A stretch of DNA of 64,000 bases from Bacteroidota bacterium (lineage in GTDB: Bacteria > Bacteroidota > Bacteroidia > UKL13-3). Every line of letters begins with the position of its first letter. Position 1 is the stretch's first letter. The notes below the pieces were generated by a model, which worked only from the letters and a program-made list of their open reading frames with translations, ran no database searches and was not told the origin of the DNA. Location: contig JAIXWW010000006.1 of assembly GCA_027491085.1 (NCBI GenBank), forward strand, positions 3,407 through 67,406, in the 5' to 3' direction. Of the stretch, positions 18,265 to 28,048 are shown piece by piece. The translations under genes were made by a program, and so were the position numbers.

Positions 18265-19743
18265 ATGAAAATAGTAATAATTGGCTCTGGAATAGCTGGT
18301 TTAGCCAGTGCTGTTAGGCTTCAAGCAATGGGCTTTAAAGTAACAGTTTTGGAAGCCAATGCTTATTTTGGTGGGAAATTAACCGAGTTTACACAGAAAG
18401 GTTTTAGGTTTGATGCTGGTCCTTCGCTTTTTACATTGCCTCAGCTTGTGCTTGAACTTTACGATATTGCAAAGCAAAATAAAAACAGTTTTGAATATTT
18501 GCAGTTAGAAAAAGCGTGCAATTATTTTTACGAAGATGGAACACGTTTTACAGCTTACCATCAGCCAGAAAAAATGGCTAATGAGTTAAACCAAAAGTTA
18601 GGAATAACCAATCCTAAACCATTTTTTCAGTACCTTAAAAATGCGGAATTTAGGTATAAAACTACCACACCCATTTTTATAGAAAGCAGTTTACATAAAG
18701 TAAAAAACTTTTTAAACTTAGCTACGCTTAAAGGCATTTTAAGTATTCCAAAACTTAATTTGTTTAACAGCATGAACCACGAAAATGAGCAAATTTTTGC
18801 AGATAAAAGATTGGTTCAATACTTTAATAGATTTGCTACTTACAATGGCAGTAACCCATATCAATCGCCAGCTTTATTGAACATGATTCCGCATTTGGAA
18901 AGTAATATTGGAACTTTTTTTCCTAAAAATGGTATGCACCAAATTAGCCAAAGTATTTACCAATTGGCTTTGGGTTTAGGAGTAAAATTTGAGTTTAATA
19001 AAAAGGTTTCTGAAATAGTTTTAACCGAAAATAACAAGCAAGTAAAAGGCGTAAAAGTAGGCGAGGAATTTTATGAAGCAGATATTGTGTTATCGAACAT
19101 GGATATTTATCCAACCTATAAAAAATTGTTGCCTCAAGTAAAACATCCTGAAAAAATTTTGGTGCAGGAAAAGTCATCGTCAGCTTTAATTTTTTATTGG
19201 GGAATTAATAAAAAGTTTGAAGAATTAGATTTGCATAACATACTTTTTACCGAAAATTACCAAGCCGAATTTGACCATATTTTTAGTAAAAAAACCATTT
19301 ACGCAGACCCAACTATCTACATTAACATTACCTCAAAATATAAACCAGATGATGCACCTGTAGGTTGCGAAAATTGGTTCTTAATGATAAATACACCCAA
19401 TAACCAAGGGCAAAATTGGGATGAATTAATTGCTGAAGCACGAAAAAATATTGTATCAAAATTAAACCGTTTATTGAAAACCGATATTGAAAAACACATT
19501 GTAACAGAAAATATTTTAGATCCACGAAGTATTGAAAGCAAAACCAGCAGCCATCTTGGTGCGCTTTACGGCAATGCAAGTAATAATAGGTATGCAGCAT
19601 TTTTAAGGCATAAAAATTTTAGTTCTGATATAAAAGGATTGTACTTTTGTGGCGGTTCGGTGCATCCAGGCGGAGGAATTCCTTTGTGTTTAAATTCGGC
19701 TAAAATTGCGGCTGGTTTAATTAAGGATGATTATGGAAAGTAA
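18265..19743 (+). CDS. crtD: 1-hydroxycarotenoid 3,4-desaturase (CrtI-family desaturase)
   Basis: GSGIAG Rossmann motif, FDAGPSLFT, SSSALIFYWG, GGSVHPGGGIP; adjacent to cruF. Confidence 0.85.
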   Translation: MKIVIIGSGIAGLASAVRLQAMGFKVTVLEANAYFGGKLTEFTQKGFRFDAGPSLFTLPQLVLELYDIAKQNKNSFEYLQLEKACNYFYEDGTRFTAYHQPEKMANELNQKLGITNPKPFFQYLKNAEFRYKTTTPIFIESSLHKVKNFLNLATLKGILSIPKLNLFNSMNHENEQIFADKRLVQYFNRFATYNGSNPYQSPALLNMIPHLESNIGTFFPKNGMHQISQSIYQLALGLGVKFEFNKKVSEIVLTENNKQVKGVKVGEEFYEADIVLSNMDIYPTYKKLLPQVKHPEKILVQEKSSSALIFYWGINKKFEELDLHNILFTENYQAEFDHIFSKKTIYADPTIYINITSKYKPDDAPVGCENWFLMINTPNNQGQNWDELIAEARKNIVSKLNRLLKTDIEKHIVTENILDPRSIESKTSSHLGALYGNASNNRYAAFLRHKNFSSDIKGLYFCGGSVHPGGGIPLCLNSAKIAAGLIKDDYGK

Positions 19744-19854
19744 TTGCATAAAAGGTCATGTTGTAAACATCTTCCTTGAATAGGAGTTTGATTGCTAATG
19801 GAAAGGTGCTTTTAAACAAGGAAGATTCCTACGGAATGACCTGATATTCTGTTC

Positions 19855-19911
19855 GTCATTGCAAGGCACGAAGCAATCCCGTTCTTAGATTCCTTCGTTC
19901 CTCGCAATGAC
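19855..19911. repeat. REP/RPE-like imperfect 24-bp inverted repeat
   Basis: GTCATTGCAAGGCACGAAGCAATC ... GATTCCTTCGTTCCTCGCAATGAC; a second degenerate arm pair at 19755-19772/19823-19840. Confidence 0.75.
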
Positions 19912-19929
19912 CTTATAAATTTAAAAAAT

Positions 19930-20574
19930 ATGAAAAAAGAAAATATTGCCATAATAATTTTAGCCATTTTATATGCTGTGGGGCTTTTTGGCTCGGCCGT
20001 TTTTAAGTTAGATTTATTATCACTTTCGCCAATCAATTTAATTCTCAGTGCAGTGGTGTTGTTTTATTTTCATCAACCTAAAAACACTTTTTTCTGGATT
20101 TGGGCAATTGGTGTTTTTCAGGCAGGTTATATTTTAGAACTTTTGGGAGTAACCACGGGTAGAATTTTTGGTCAGTATTTTTATGGAAATAACCTTGGCT
20201 TAAAAATGGCCGATGTCCCTGTAATTATTGGTTTAAATTGGGTAATGCTTTGTTATGTTTCTATGCATGTGGCCGAATTGTTTTTTAATAAAATAGGTAA
20301 ACAAAACACAGTTAATCCAATAATAAAAATTGCTTTAAGTGCGTTGCTTATGTTGTGTGTTGATTTTTTAATCGAACATGTAGCTCCGCAATTAGATTTT
20401 TGGTACTGGAAAAATGGCAGTATTCCTATTCAAAACTACACCGCTTGGTATATTTTTGCCTTTGCTTTTATGTTTGTTTATCAAAAATTAGAGTTACCAT
20501 TAACCAATAAAATTGCACCTTGGCTGTATGCTTTGCAATTGGTGTTTTTTGCCGGAATGAATTGGTGGTATTAG
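19930..20574 (+). CDS. cruF: carotenoid 1,2-hydratase (CruF-like membrane protein)
   Basis: ELLGVTTGRIFGQYFYG, VPVIIGLNW, D..IE, PIQNY..W; lies inside the crt cluster. Confidence 0.8.
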   Translation: MKKENIAIIILAILYAVGLFGSAVFKLDLLSLSPINLILSAVVLFYFHQPKNTFFWIWAIGVFQAGYILELLGVTTGRIFGQYFYGNNLGLKMADVPVIIGLNWVMLCYVSMHVAELFFNKIGKQNTVNPIIKIALSALLMLCVDFLIEHVAPQLDFWYWKNGSIPIQNYTAWYIFAFAFMFVYQKLELPLTNKIAPWLYALQLVFFAGMNWWY

Positions 20575-20635
20575 ATTTTTCTAAAAACAATTTTCAATTA
20601 AAATGTTTAGTATAATAAAGCGATTTTAAAAATAT

Positions 20636-21088
20636 ATGTGGTTTAATATTTTAGTAGTATTTCTTACTTTTTGGTTCATGGAGTTTATGGCTTGGTTTAC
20701 GCACAAGTTTATTATGCATGGTTTACTTTGGTATTTGCATAAAGACCACCACCAAGTAGAGCCAGGTTTTTTCGAAAAAAACGATAGTTTCTTTTTAATA
20801 TTTGCAGTTCCAAGTGCTTATTGCTACATAACAGGCTTAATGTACAACGATTTTAGATTGTATATTGGAATCGGTATTTCTTTGTATGGATTTGCTTATT
20901 TTATTATTCACGAAATAATTATTCACCAAAGGTTTAAGCTTTGGTCTCGCTTAGATAATAGGTATATAAAAGCCATTCGCAGGGCGCATAAAATTCATCA
21001 TAAATATTTAGGAAAAGAGCATGGCGAAAACTTCGGAATGCTTATAGTTCCGCTTAAATATTGGAAAAATCCTAATTCAACCAATTAA
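20636..21088 (+). CDS. crtZ: beta-carotene 3-hydroxylase
   Basis: His boxes HKFIMH, HKDHH, FEKND, HEIIIHQR, HKIHH. Confidence 0.92.
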   Translation: MWFNILVVFLTFWFMEFMAWFTHKFIMHGLLWYLHKDHHQVEPGFFEKNDSFFLIFAVPSAYCYITGLMYNDFRLYIGIGISLYGFAYFIIHEIIIHQRFKLWSRLDNRYIKAIRRAHKIHHKYLGKEHGENFGMLIVPLKYWKNPNSTN

Positions 21089-21091
21089 ACC

Positions 21092-21808
21092 ATGAGTTTA
21101 TACGCTTGGTTAATGGTGGTATCCTTTGTTGGTCCTTTCGCGTTAAGTTTCGATAAAAAAGTAGCTTTTCACAAATGGTTTAAACCACTATTTATTGGTA
21201 TTGGCTTAAATGCTTTACTCTTTATTTTGTGGGATGGATGGTTTACCCGAGCGGGTGTTTGGGGCTTTAATAATCTATATGTTTGGCATTATCGTTTTAA
21301 CGATTTGCCCATTGAAGAATGGAGTTTTTTTGTAGTCGTTCCTTTTGCCAGCGTTTTTATTTATGCTTGCCTAAAAGCTTATTTTTCAGATAACTTTTTT
21401 AAGCCATTGGTGAGTTACCTAAACTATTTTTTTATTATAATTTTAGCACTGGCTTGCATTGTGTTTTATTACAAAACTTACACTTTAGTAAACTGTTCCT
21501 TGGCCTTGATATTATTGCTTTGGCACCAGTTTTATTTAAAGAAACCTTATATGGGTTATTTTTGGTTTGCCTACTTGGTGCACTTAATTCCGTTTTTAGT
21601 AATAAATGGCGTGTTAACTGGTGCTGTAACGCCAGAACCTGTGGTGTTTTATAATGCTAACGAAATTATTGGTTTACGTATAGTTACCATTCCAATTGAA
21701 GATACCATTTATGCCTTAACCTGTTTGTTGATTCCAATAACGGTTATGGAATATTTATTGAATAGAAATAAAGTTTTAAAAAAATCTAATTACCCGAATA
21801 CAAAATAG
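21092..21808 (+). CDS. membrane-type lycopene cyclase (fused CrtYc/d-type, two domains)
   Basis: Two repeats with WD...G.WGF...LPIEE and NGVLTG...IPIED. Confidence 0.85.
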   Translation: MSLYAWLMVVSFVGPFALSFDKKVAFHKWFKPLFIGIGLNALLFILWDGWFTRAGVWGFNNLYVWHYRFNDLPIEEWSFFVVVPFASVFIYACLKAYFSDNFFKPLVSYLNYFFIIILALACIVFYYKTYTLVNCSLALILLLWHQFYLKKPYMGYFWFAYLVHLIPFLVINGVLTGAVTPEPVVFYNANEIIGLRIVTIPIEDTIYALTCLLIPITVMEYLLNRNKVLKKSNYPNTK

Positions 21809-22202
21809 ATTCTAATTTTTCTTGTTTTAAAGGTTTGTTTAAAAACCCTTTCACTATCTTATACTTTTTTGCCTTCTCGTTATCGTTTTTATCAATGGAA
21901 GAGGTAAGCATGTAAATTGGAATATGGATTTCTTTAATACCTACTTCCTCAATAAAATCCCAACCATCCATTAGTGGCATATTTATATCTAAAAAAATTA
22001 CATCAGGTATTATTTTATTACCCACTAAATCGTTTAACGCAATTTCTGCACTTGAATAGCTATATATTTCAATTGTTTTATCAATAGAATGAATAATTCT
22101 TACATTTAACCAATGCTGCATATCGTCATCAACAATTAAACAAATTTTTCTAAAATTTAATTTGTGTTGTAAAATATTTTCCGAATTTATTTTATCTATC
22201 AT
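21786..22202 (-). CDS. single-domain response regulator (receiver)
   Basis: VDDD, FLDINMPLMDG, LTSS, KPL. Confidence 0.9.
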   Translation of the reverse strand: MIDKINSENILQHKLNFRKICLIVDDDMQHWLNVRIIHSIDKTIEIYSYSSAEIALNDLVGNKIIPDVIFLDINMPLMDGWDFIEEVGIKEIHIPIYMLTSSIDKNDNEKAKKYKIVKGFLNKPLKQEKLESILYSGN

Positions 22203-22338
22203 TTATCTCCCATTTTGAGCCAAAATTCCCATAAAAAACCACTGTTAAGAATTAGAATATAACCTCAAGCCCCTATAAACACTGCTTTCACTTAAATTTA
22301 CTGTTCTTTTTCAAATTAATAACTGCTAGAATCAGGCC

Positions 22339-22375
22339 AAAAAAAATCCTAGTTAAACAAGTTCAACTAGGATTT
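22339..22375 (-). terminator. intrinsic terminator of the phaE-like gene
   Basis: AAATCCTAGTT/AACTAGGATTT stem with an A8 tract on +. Confidence 0.8.
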
Positions 22376-22399
22376 ATGCAAAAATTTTAAATTATAGAA

Positions 22400-23719
22400 C
22401 TAAGCGTTCTTTGTAGTTTTTTTAGCCGCTGCTTTTGGAGCTTCTTCATTTACCTCGATTGAAGCTACACTACTCTTTTCTTTTTCAAGGGTGTTAATAC
22501 GTTTTTTCAATTCTTGGATTGTTTTGTATAATTCATCCATCTCACTGCGATTAATAATTGGAAATTTCTCTAATGATTTTTCCATTTGCTTTTCAATTTT
22601 TCCTTTAAGGTTCAATTGCAATGCACTAACTTCACTCATCAATTTTGAATATTCAGGAGTTTCAAATAATTGAACAAAGTGCTTGTCATTTGTATTTAAC
22701 CAATTTTTATAAACATCTGCAAATTCCTTTACATCTTCACCATTTCTAACCTTAGCATACAAATTTTCGGCCATATCATCCATTGCTTTCATGCCTGTTG
22801 TGTACATCATGTATTGCATTTGATTATTTTTGGTATTGTACTCAGTCATCATATCCACTAATTCTTTCATAGTTTCCATGCTTGCCATAGTTGAATTAGA
22901 ACCAAATAATTTGGTTAATGGAGCCATTGAAGTTTGCATTTGAGCATACATTTGATTGTAATTACTCATCATTCCATCCATTATTGGATTTGAGTTAAAC
23001 ATATTACCAATGTTATTTTTCATGTTATCGTAATTAGTTTTACCATTATCCATCATTTTATACATGTTATCCTTCATGCTTGCCATCATGGTATTATCCA
23101 TAAAGTTTTTCATCATATCAGGATTCATGTTAAACATTTTATCCATCATGTCTTTATACGCTTCTGTATTGAACATGTTTTTAAACATTTCAGGAGTAAA
23201 AGTTTTATCGTTTAAACTTTTCATCATTGGCATAAAAAACTGGAAGGTTTTCATGTACATTTCTGAATTATTAAACATGTCAGAAAAATTATTCTTAGTT
23301 TCACCATTATTGAAATTTTTCATCATTTCATTACAGCTATCAGTCATAGTATTTTTCCAAGAGTTGAATACATTCATCATGCTATCCATATTCATGTTTT
23401 TCATATCAAAACTGTTATTAATGTTTGGCATCATATTTTTACTCATGTCCATCCATTGTTTTGCCATTTCATTTTGTTTGTTCATGTAGTTTGTAAAAAA
23501 CTCCATTCCATTGTGCATGTTATTATTTTCGCTACCAACTTGATTGAACCAATTCATTTGGCCGTCATACCATTTTTTAAAGTTTTCAGAATCCATATTA
23601 ATATTGGTTCCATTTGCCATTGTTTGTTGCATACTCTTAGCAGCATTTGTCATAGTTTCCATAGCTTGTTTTTGCATATCAGCCATAGTTTCAAACATGT
23701 TCTTTGTATTGTTTTCCAT
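22400..23719 (-). CDS. phaE: PhaE-like (class III PHA synthase subunit) protein with a Met/Asn-rich N-terminal region
   Basis: C-terminal YKNWLN...F..LF.T.EYSKL...P...RSEMDELYKTIQELKKRI resembles PhaE; start set at ATG 23719 (MENN). Confidence 0.65.
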   Translation of the reverse strand: MENNTKNMFETMADMQKQAMETMTNAAKSMQQTMANGTNINMDSENFKKWYDGQMNWFNQVGSENNNMHNGMEFFTNYMNKQNEMAKQWMDMSKNMMPNINNSFDMKNMNMDSMMNVFNSWKNTMTDSCNEMMKNFNNGETKNNFSDMFNNSEMYMKTFQFFMPMMKSLNDKTFTPEMFKNMFNTEAYKDMMDKMFNMNPDMMKNFMDNTMMASMKDNMYKMMDNGKTNYDNMKNNIGNMFNSNPIMDGMMSNYNQMYAQMQTSMAPLTKLFGSNSTMASMETMKELVDMMTEYNTKNNQMQYMMYTTGMKAMDDMAENLYAKVRNGEDVKEFADVYKNWLNTNDKHFVQLFETPEYSKLMSEVSALQLNLKGKIEKQMEKSLEKFPIINRSEMDELYKTIQELKKRINTLEKEKSSVASIEVNEEAPKAAAKKTTKNA

Positions 23720-23779
23720 AATTGTAGTTTTTATACTTTTTGGTTTGATTTTGAACAAATTAGTGTTTTAAATCGGGCG

Positions 23780-23787
23780 CAAAAGTA
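23780..23787 (-). promoter_or_regulatory. -7 promoter element for the phaE-like gene
   Basis: TACTTTTG on the minus strand. Confidence 0.55.
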
Positions 23788-23955
23788 AGTATTATTAAAA
23801 ATAAGTCAATTAATATGTTTACTTCCTAAATTTAAATTAAAGGCAATCGCTTTACAGTGGCTTCAATTCATGGTACTTGATTTTTGTCATGCTAACTTAT
23901 TGATTATATTGAGGCTGCGCTAATATTGATATTATTTACTTGTATTTAATCTAAC

Positions 23956-23988
23956 AAAAAAAGCCTGTTTTGAACAAAACAGGCTTTT
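23956..23988 (-). terminator. intrinsic terminator
   Basis: AAAAGCCTGTTTTG/CAAAACAGGCTTTT hairpin after the rhodanese-thioredoxin gene. Confidence 0.85.
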
Positions 23989-24008
23989 AATAGTATTGTA
24001 ATTGAATA

Positions 24009-24758
24009 TTACTTATTTGTATTTTTTTCGATGACTTTTAATAAATCGGCTTTGGTAATTAAACCAATATTGGTGTAAACACGTTTACCATTTTTATAAA
24101 GAATTAGGGTTGGTAATTCTTCTACATTTAAGTTTTTTACTATTTCTTGGCTTTCGTCAGCGTTTACTTTTATAAATGTTAATTTATCTTTTTTCTCTTC
24201 AGTTATTTCGGCTAAGTAAGGAGCCATTTTTTTGCAAGGACCACACCATGGTGCATATACATCAACTAAAACCAATTGATTATCGACAATTTGTTTATTT
24301 AAATCGGCTAATGATAGGCCAGTAGTTGCAGGTTTTACTGGTTCATTTCCAGTAACCGAAATTGGTTTAGCCTCATTGCGCCAAGCATTCATACCTCCTT
24401 TTAAATCATATATTTGAGTAAAGCCCATTTCCTTTAATTTATTGGCTGCACTTGCGCTTCGTCCTCCAGCTAAACAATATACATATACAGGTTTGGTTTT
24501 ATCTAATTTAGCAGCTTCAACAGCAAAGTTATCGCCATTCCAATCAATGTTTTTTGCAGTTCCTATAAAACCTTCGGCATACTCGCCTGGAGTTCTAACA
24601 TCAATTAATTGAATATTTTTATCGGTATTGATTTTTTGCTCAAATGCATTTACATCAAGCTTTCCGCCAACTCCATTGGCATTATTTTGACAAGATGAAA
24701 TATTGATAACAAAAAATAGCGCTATAACTGCTGTGTTAAAAAATTTAATAATTTTCAT
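24009..24758 (-). CDS. lipoprotein, rhodanese + thioredoxin fusion
   Basis: Lipobox ISSC; DVRTPGEY...YCLAGGRS...GG; WCGPC. Confidence 0.88.
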   Translation of the reverse strand: MKIIKFFNTAVIALFFVINISSCQNNANGVGGKLDVNAFEQKINTDKNIQLIDVRTPGEYAEGFIGTAKNIDWNGDNFAVEAAKLDKTKPVYVYCLAGGRSASAANKLKEMGFTQIYDLKGGMNAWRNEAKPISVTGNEPVKPATTGLSLADLNKQIVDNQLVLVDVYAPWCGPCKKMAPYLAEITEEKKDKLTFIKVNADESQEIVKNLNVEELPTLILYKNGKRVYTNIGLITKADLLKVIEKNTNK

Positions 24759-24760
24759 TT

Positions 24761-26174
24761 TTATAATAAAGTTACAGGCGCAATATAATTGGTTTTGGGA
24801 ATACTTGTTTTTGAAATTTCGGTAAATCCTCCAATTACATCCACAAAATTATTCCAACCTCTTTGTTTTAAAATAGATGCAGCCACCATACTTCTATATC
24901 CACCAGCACAATGTAAAATAAATGGCTTATCTTTTGGAAACTCAGCCAAATGATTGTTAATTTTTGCTAATGGAATATTTAAGGCTCCAATTACATGACT
25001 TGATTCAAACTCACTTGCTTTTCTAACATCAATAACCAAAGTATTTTTTGTTTTGTAAATTTGTTCAAATTCTTGAGCTGTAATTCGGTTTATTACATCA
25101 AATTCGTGACCACTATTTTTCCATATATTAAATCCACCATCTAAAAAACCAATGGTTTTATCGTAACCAACGCGTGCTAGCCTAATAATGGTTTCTTCTT
25201 CGCGGCCTTTATCAGTTACAATAATAATTTTTTGGTTTATATCGCTTATTAAATCGCCAACCCACATAGCAAAGTTGCTGTCTAAGCCAATATTTATGCT
25301 CAAAGGCACACTTCCCTCGCTGTAATCATTTGCATTTCGTGTGTCTAGAACCAGCACGTCATCTTGTTTTGCCAATAATTCAAAAGCCGAAATAGTAAGT
25401 GCCTGCATTCCTCGTTTTATTATTTCGTCAATACTTTCGTAACCATTAATGTTTAACAATACATTTTTAGGAAAATAAGCCGGAGGAGTGGTTAAACCAG
25501 TTAATACCTCTTTTATAAACTCTTCCTTGGTCATATTAGGGCGAAGTGCATAGTTGAATTTCTTTTGATTTCCCAAAGTATCAACCGTTTCTTTGCTCAT
25601 CATTTTACCGCAGGCACTGCCAGCACCATGATTAGGATAAATTACCAAATCATCGCTCAATGGCATAATTTTATTTCTTAACGAATCGTATAAATGACCT
25701 GCTAAAATTTCTTCAGTTAAATCGGCTATTACGTGTTGTGCTAAATCAGGCCTGCCTACATCGCCAATGAATAAAGTATCGCCAGTTATTAAACCTTTTT
25801 CTTGGTTATTTTCATCAATCAATAAATAACAAGTACTTTCTAAAGTATGTCCTGGAGTATGAATTACTTTTATTTTACCCCCCTACTTCAAACACTTGAT
25901 TATCCTCAGCTGCAATTGCTACAAAATTAGGTTTTGCAGTTGGTCCATAAACAATCAAAGCATTAGCTTTTTTAGCTAAATCAATATGCCCCGATACAAA
26001 ATCGGCATGAAAATGTGTTTCGAAAATATATTTTATCTTAGCGTTAGCGTGTTTGGCTTTTTCCAAATAAGGAACCACCTCACGTAATGGATCAAAAATA
26101 GCTGCTTCGCCATTACTTTCAATATAATATGCTGCATGAGCCAAACATCCTGTGTATATTTGATTAATAATCAT
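24761..26174 (-). pseudogene. MBL-fold persulfide dioxygenase-rhodanese fusion, frameshifted at a G6 run (possible sequence error)
   Basis: ETHFHADFVSG in ORF 25875-26174; removing one G at 25878-25883 gives GGKIKVIHTPGHT and a continuous 470-aa protein with TGDTLF, HGAGSACG and HCAGGYRS. Confidence 0.85.
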
Positions 26175-26270
26175 TTTATGTAAATATTTATTTACACAAA
26201 TTTTAACTCAAATTATTGAATAACGATTGACGAGAGTCAAGTATTTTAATAAATTATACTACTAAAAAAC

Positions 26271-28010
26271 TTAATTAACACTGAATTGAATATAAAAGGT
26301 TGTTCCCACTCCTACTTCACTTTCTACATGTATTTTACCACCTGTTTTATTTAAAAAAGCTTTGCAAAGCAATAAACCCAAGCCCGTTCCTTTTTCATTC
26401 TCAGTACCAAGTGTGGTAAAGGTTTCAGAACCAAATAATTTTTTCACCTTATCAGCAGTCATACCAATGCCGGTATCTTTGAAAATAACCGTTTTTTTAC
26501 CATTGATAACTTTAGTTGAAACTTTGATTGAATCGCCCGATTTACAAAACTTGATAGCATTTGAAAACAAATTCCTAAATACTAATTGAACAGTATTTCT
26601 ATCAGCATTTATGAGGTATTCATTTGTTATTTCGTTAATAATTTGAATATTTTTTTCAGCTGATAATTTGTTAAAAAAAGTTATTTCAACCTCAACCAAA
26701 TCCTTTAACATTATTGGTTCTACAACTATTTTTACAGCATCAATTTGGCTTTTCGACCAATTAAGCAAATTTTCTAACAAGGATGAAGTATAATCTACGT
26801 TTTCTGTCAATTTAGGTAAATACTGCTTAAACTCATCATGCGAAATATCGTCATCACTAACAATTCGGAGCATGCTAACTAAACTAGCAAAAGGAGCTTT
26901 TAAATCGTGGGCAATAATTGAAAATAATTTATCCTTTAACCTATTAAGTTCTTCTAATTCTTTGGTTTGTTTCTCTAGCTTTTCTTTGGCTAACTCACTT
27001 TCGGTAATATCTCTAAATATTAATAAACTTCCTTTATAAACGCCTTTCATCGGGTTTATTTCATTTGCAGTAATATCAAATATTCTATTATGTGTATTTA
27101 TTGTAAAATGAATTCCATTTGCGATTTGTAAACGTTCGGTTAATAAAACTTTATCATCAATAATTTCGAGTAAATTTTTACCAATAATTTCATTATGAGT
27201 TGCATTCAAAAATTTTAAAACAACTGAATTTATATCCAAAATTCTATGCTGTGAATCAATTATAATTACACCCTCACTCATGTTTTCAATAACCTTTTCT
27301 CTAGCTATTGGAATTAAGTTAAATAAACTATGCCTTAATAGAGAAAAAGCAATGGTAGAGGAAGTAATAATGAAAGCATAGGGAGTTAAATCTATATGTC
27401 CAAAAGGTCTATAACCAACTATATAAATCAAATTGGTTATCCATGGAATCAATGCCGCTAAAATGATAGAGATGTACTGCTTTTTATAAATAAAATAGCC
27501 TTTAACAAGCGTATTAATTAACAAATACATGCCGAAAATAAGCATACAGTAAAAGTAAACAGTATGAATAATGTAAACAATACCGGGCGAAAAGGATAGT
27601 AATGGAATGCCATCCGAATTATCAATGGTAACTGTTTTATACTGTAATTTATGGTAATTGTTCGAAATTACGAGTGTGAATTCAATAATTGAAATAAAAA
27701 AAATCAAGGACAGATTGGCCTTAGTTAACCATTCAGCTTTATTTACAAAATGTAAAACAAAAACAACCCAAATTGCAGGCAAAAAGGCAATACCCAAATA
27801 TTCAACCTTAATAAAAAATAACATCTGCTCCAAAGTTGAACTAGCCAATTCAAAAGAATAAGCTATGCTCCACAATGAAATAAAAAACATCAAGGAAGCA
27901 AACCACTCAACAATTTCGCCATTACGTTGAAAAAGGATAACTGCTAGAAATAAATTAGCACTTCCAATTATTAATAATACTAATGCGAAAACATTGAAGT
28001 CAAAACTCAT
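26271..28010 (-). CDS. sensor histidine kinase with N-terminal 7TM (HisKA_7TM) and PAS domains
   Basis: Multiple TM helices, DLTP, IAHDLKAP H-box, NLFSNAIKF, DTGIG, GTGLGL. Confidence 0.92.
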   Translation of the reverse strand: MSFDFNVFALVLLIIGSANLFLAVILFQRNGEIVEWFASLMFFISLWSIAYSFELASSTLEQMLFFIKVEYLGIAFLPAIWVVFVLHFVNKAEWLTKANLSLIFFISIIEFTLVISNNYHKLQYKTVTIDNSDGIPLLSFSPGIVYIIHTVYFYCMLIFGMYLLINTLVKGYFIYKKQYISIILAALIPWITNLIYIVGYRPFGHIDLTPYAFIITSSTIAFSLLRHSLFNLIPIAREKVIENMSEGVIIIDSQHRILDINSVVLKFLNATHNEIIGKNLLEIIDDKVLLTERLQIANGIHFTINTHNRIFDITANEINPMKGVYKGSLLIFRDITESELAKEKLEKQTKELEELNRLKDKLFSIIAHDLKAPFASLVSMLRIVSDDDISHDEFKQYLPKLTENVDYTSSLLENLLNWSKSQIDAVKIVVEPIMLKDLVEVEITFFNKLSAEKNIQIINEITNEYLINADRNTVQLVFRNLFSNAIKFCKSGDSIKVSTKVINGKKTVIFKDTGIGMTADKVKKLFGSETFTTLGTENEKGTGLGLLLCKAFLNKTGGKIHVESEVGVGTTFYIQFSVN

Positions 28011-28048
28011 TAAAAAGGGATATGTTTACTAAATAATAATAACTAATA

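Noticed and set aside
19812-20036. 74-aa minus-strand ORF containing IASCLAMT
   Set aside because: It is the translation of the palindromic repeat plus the antisense of cruF
21786-28010. Receiver protein and 7TM kinase as a cognate pair controlling carotenoid or phaE genes
   Set aside because: They are separated by three genes and two terminators; nothing in the sequence supports pairing
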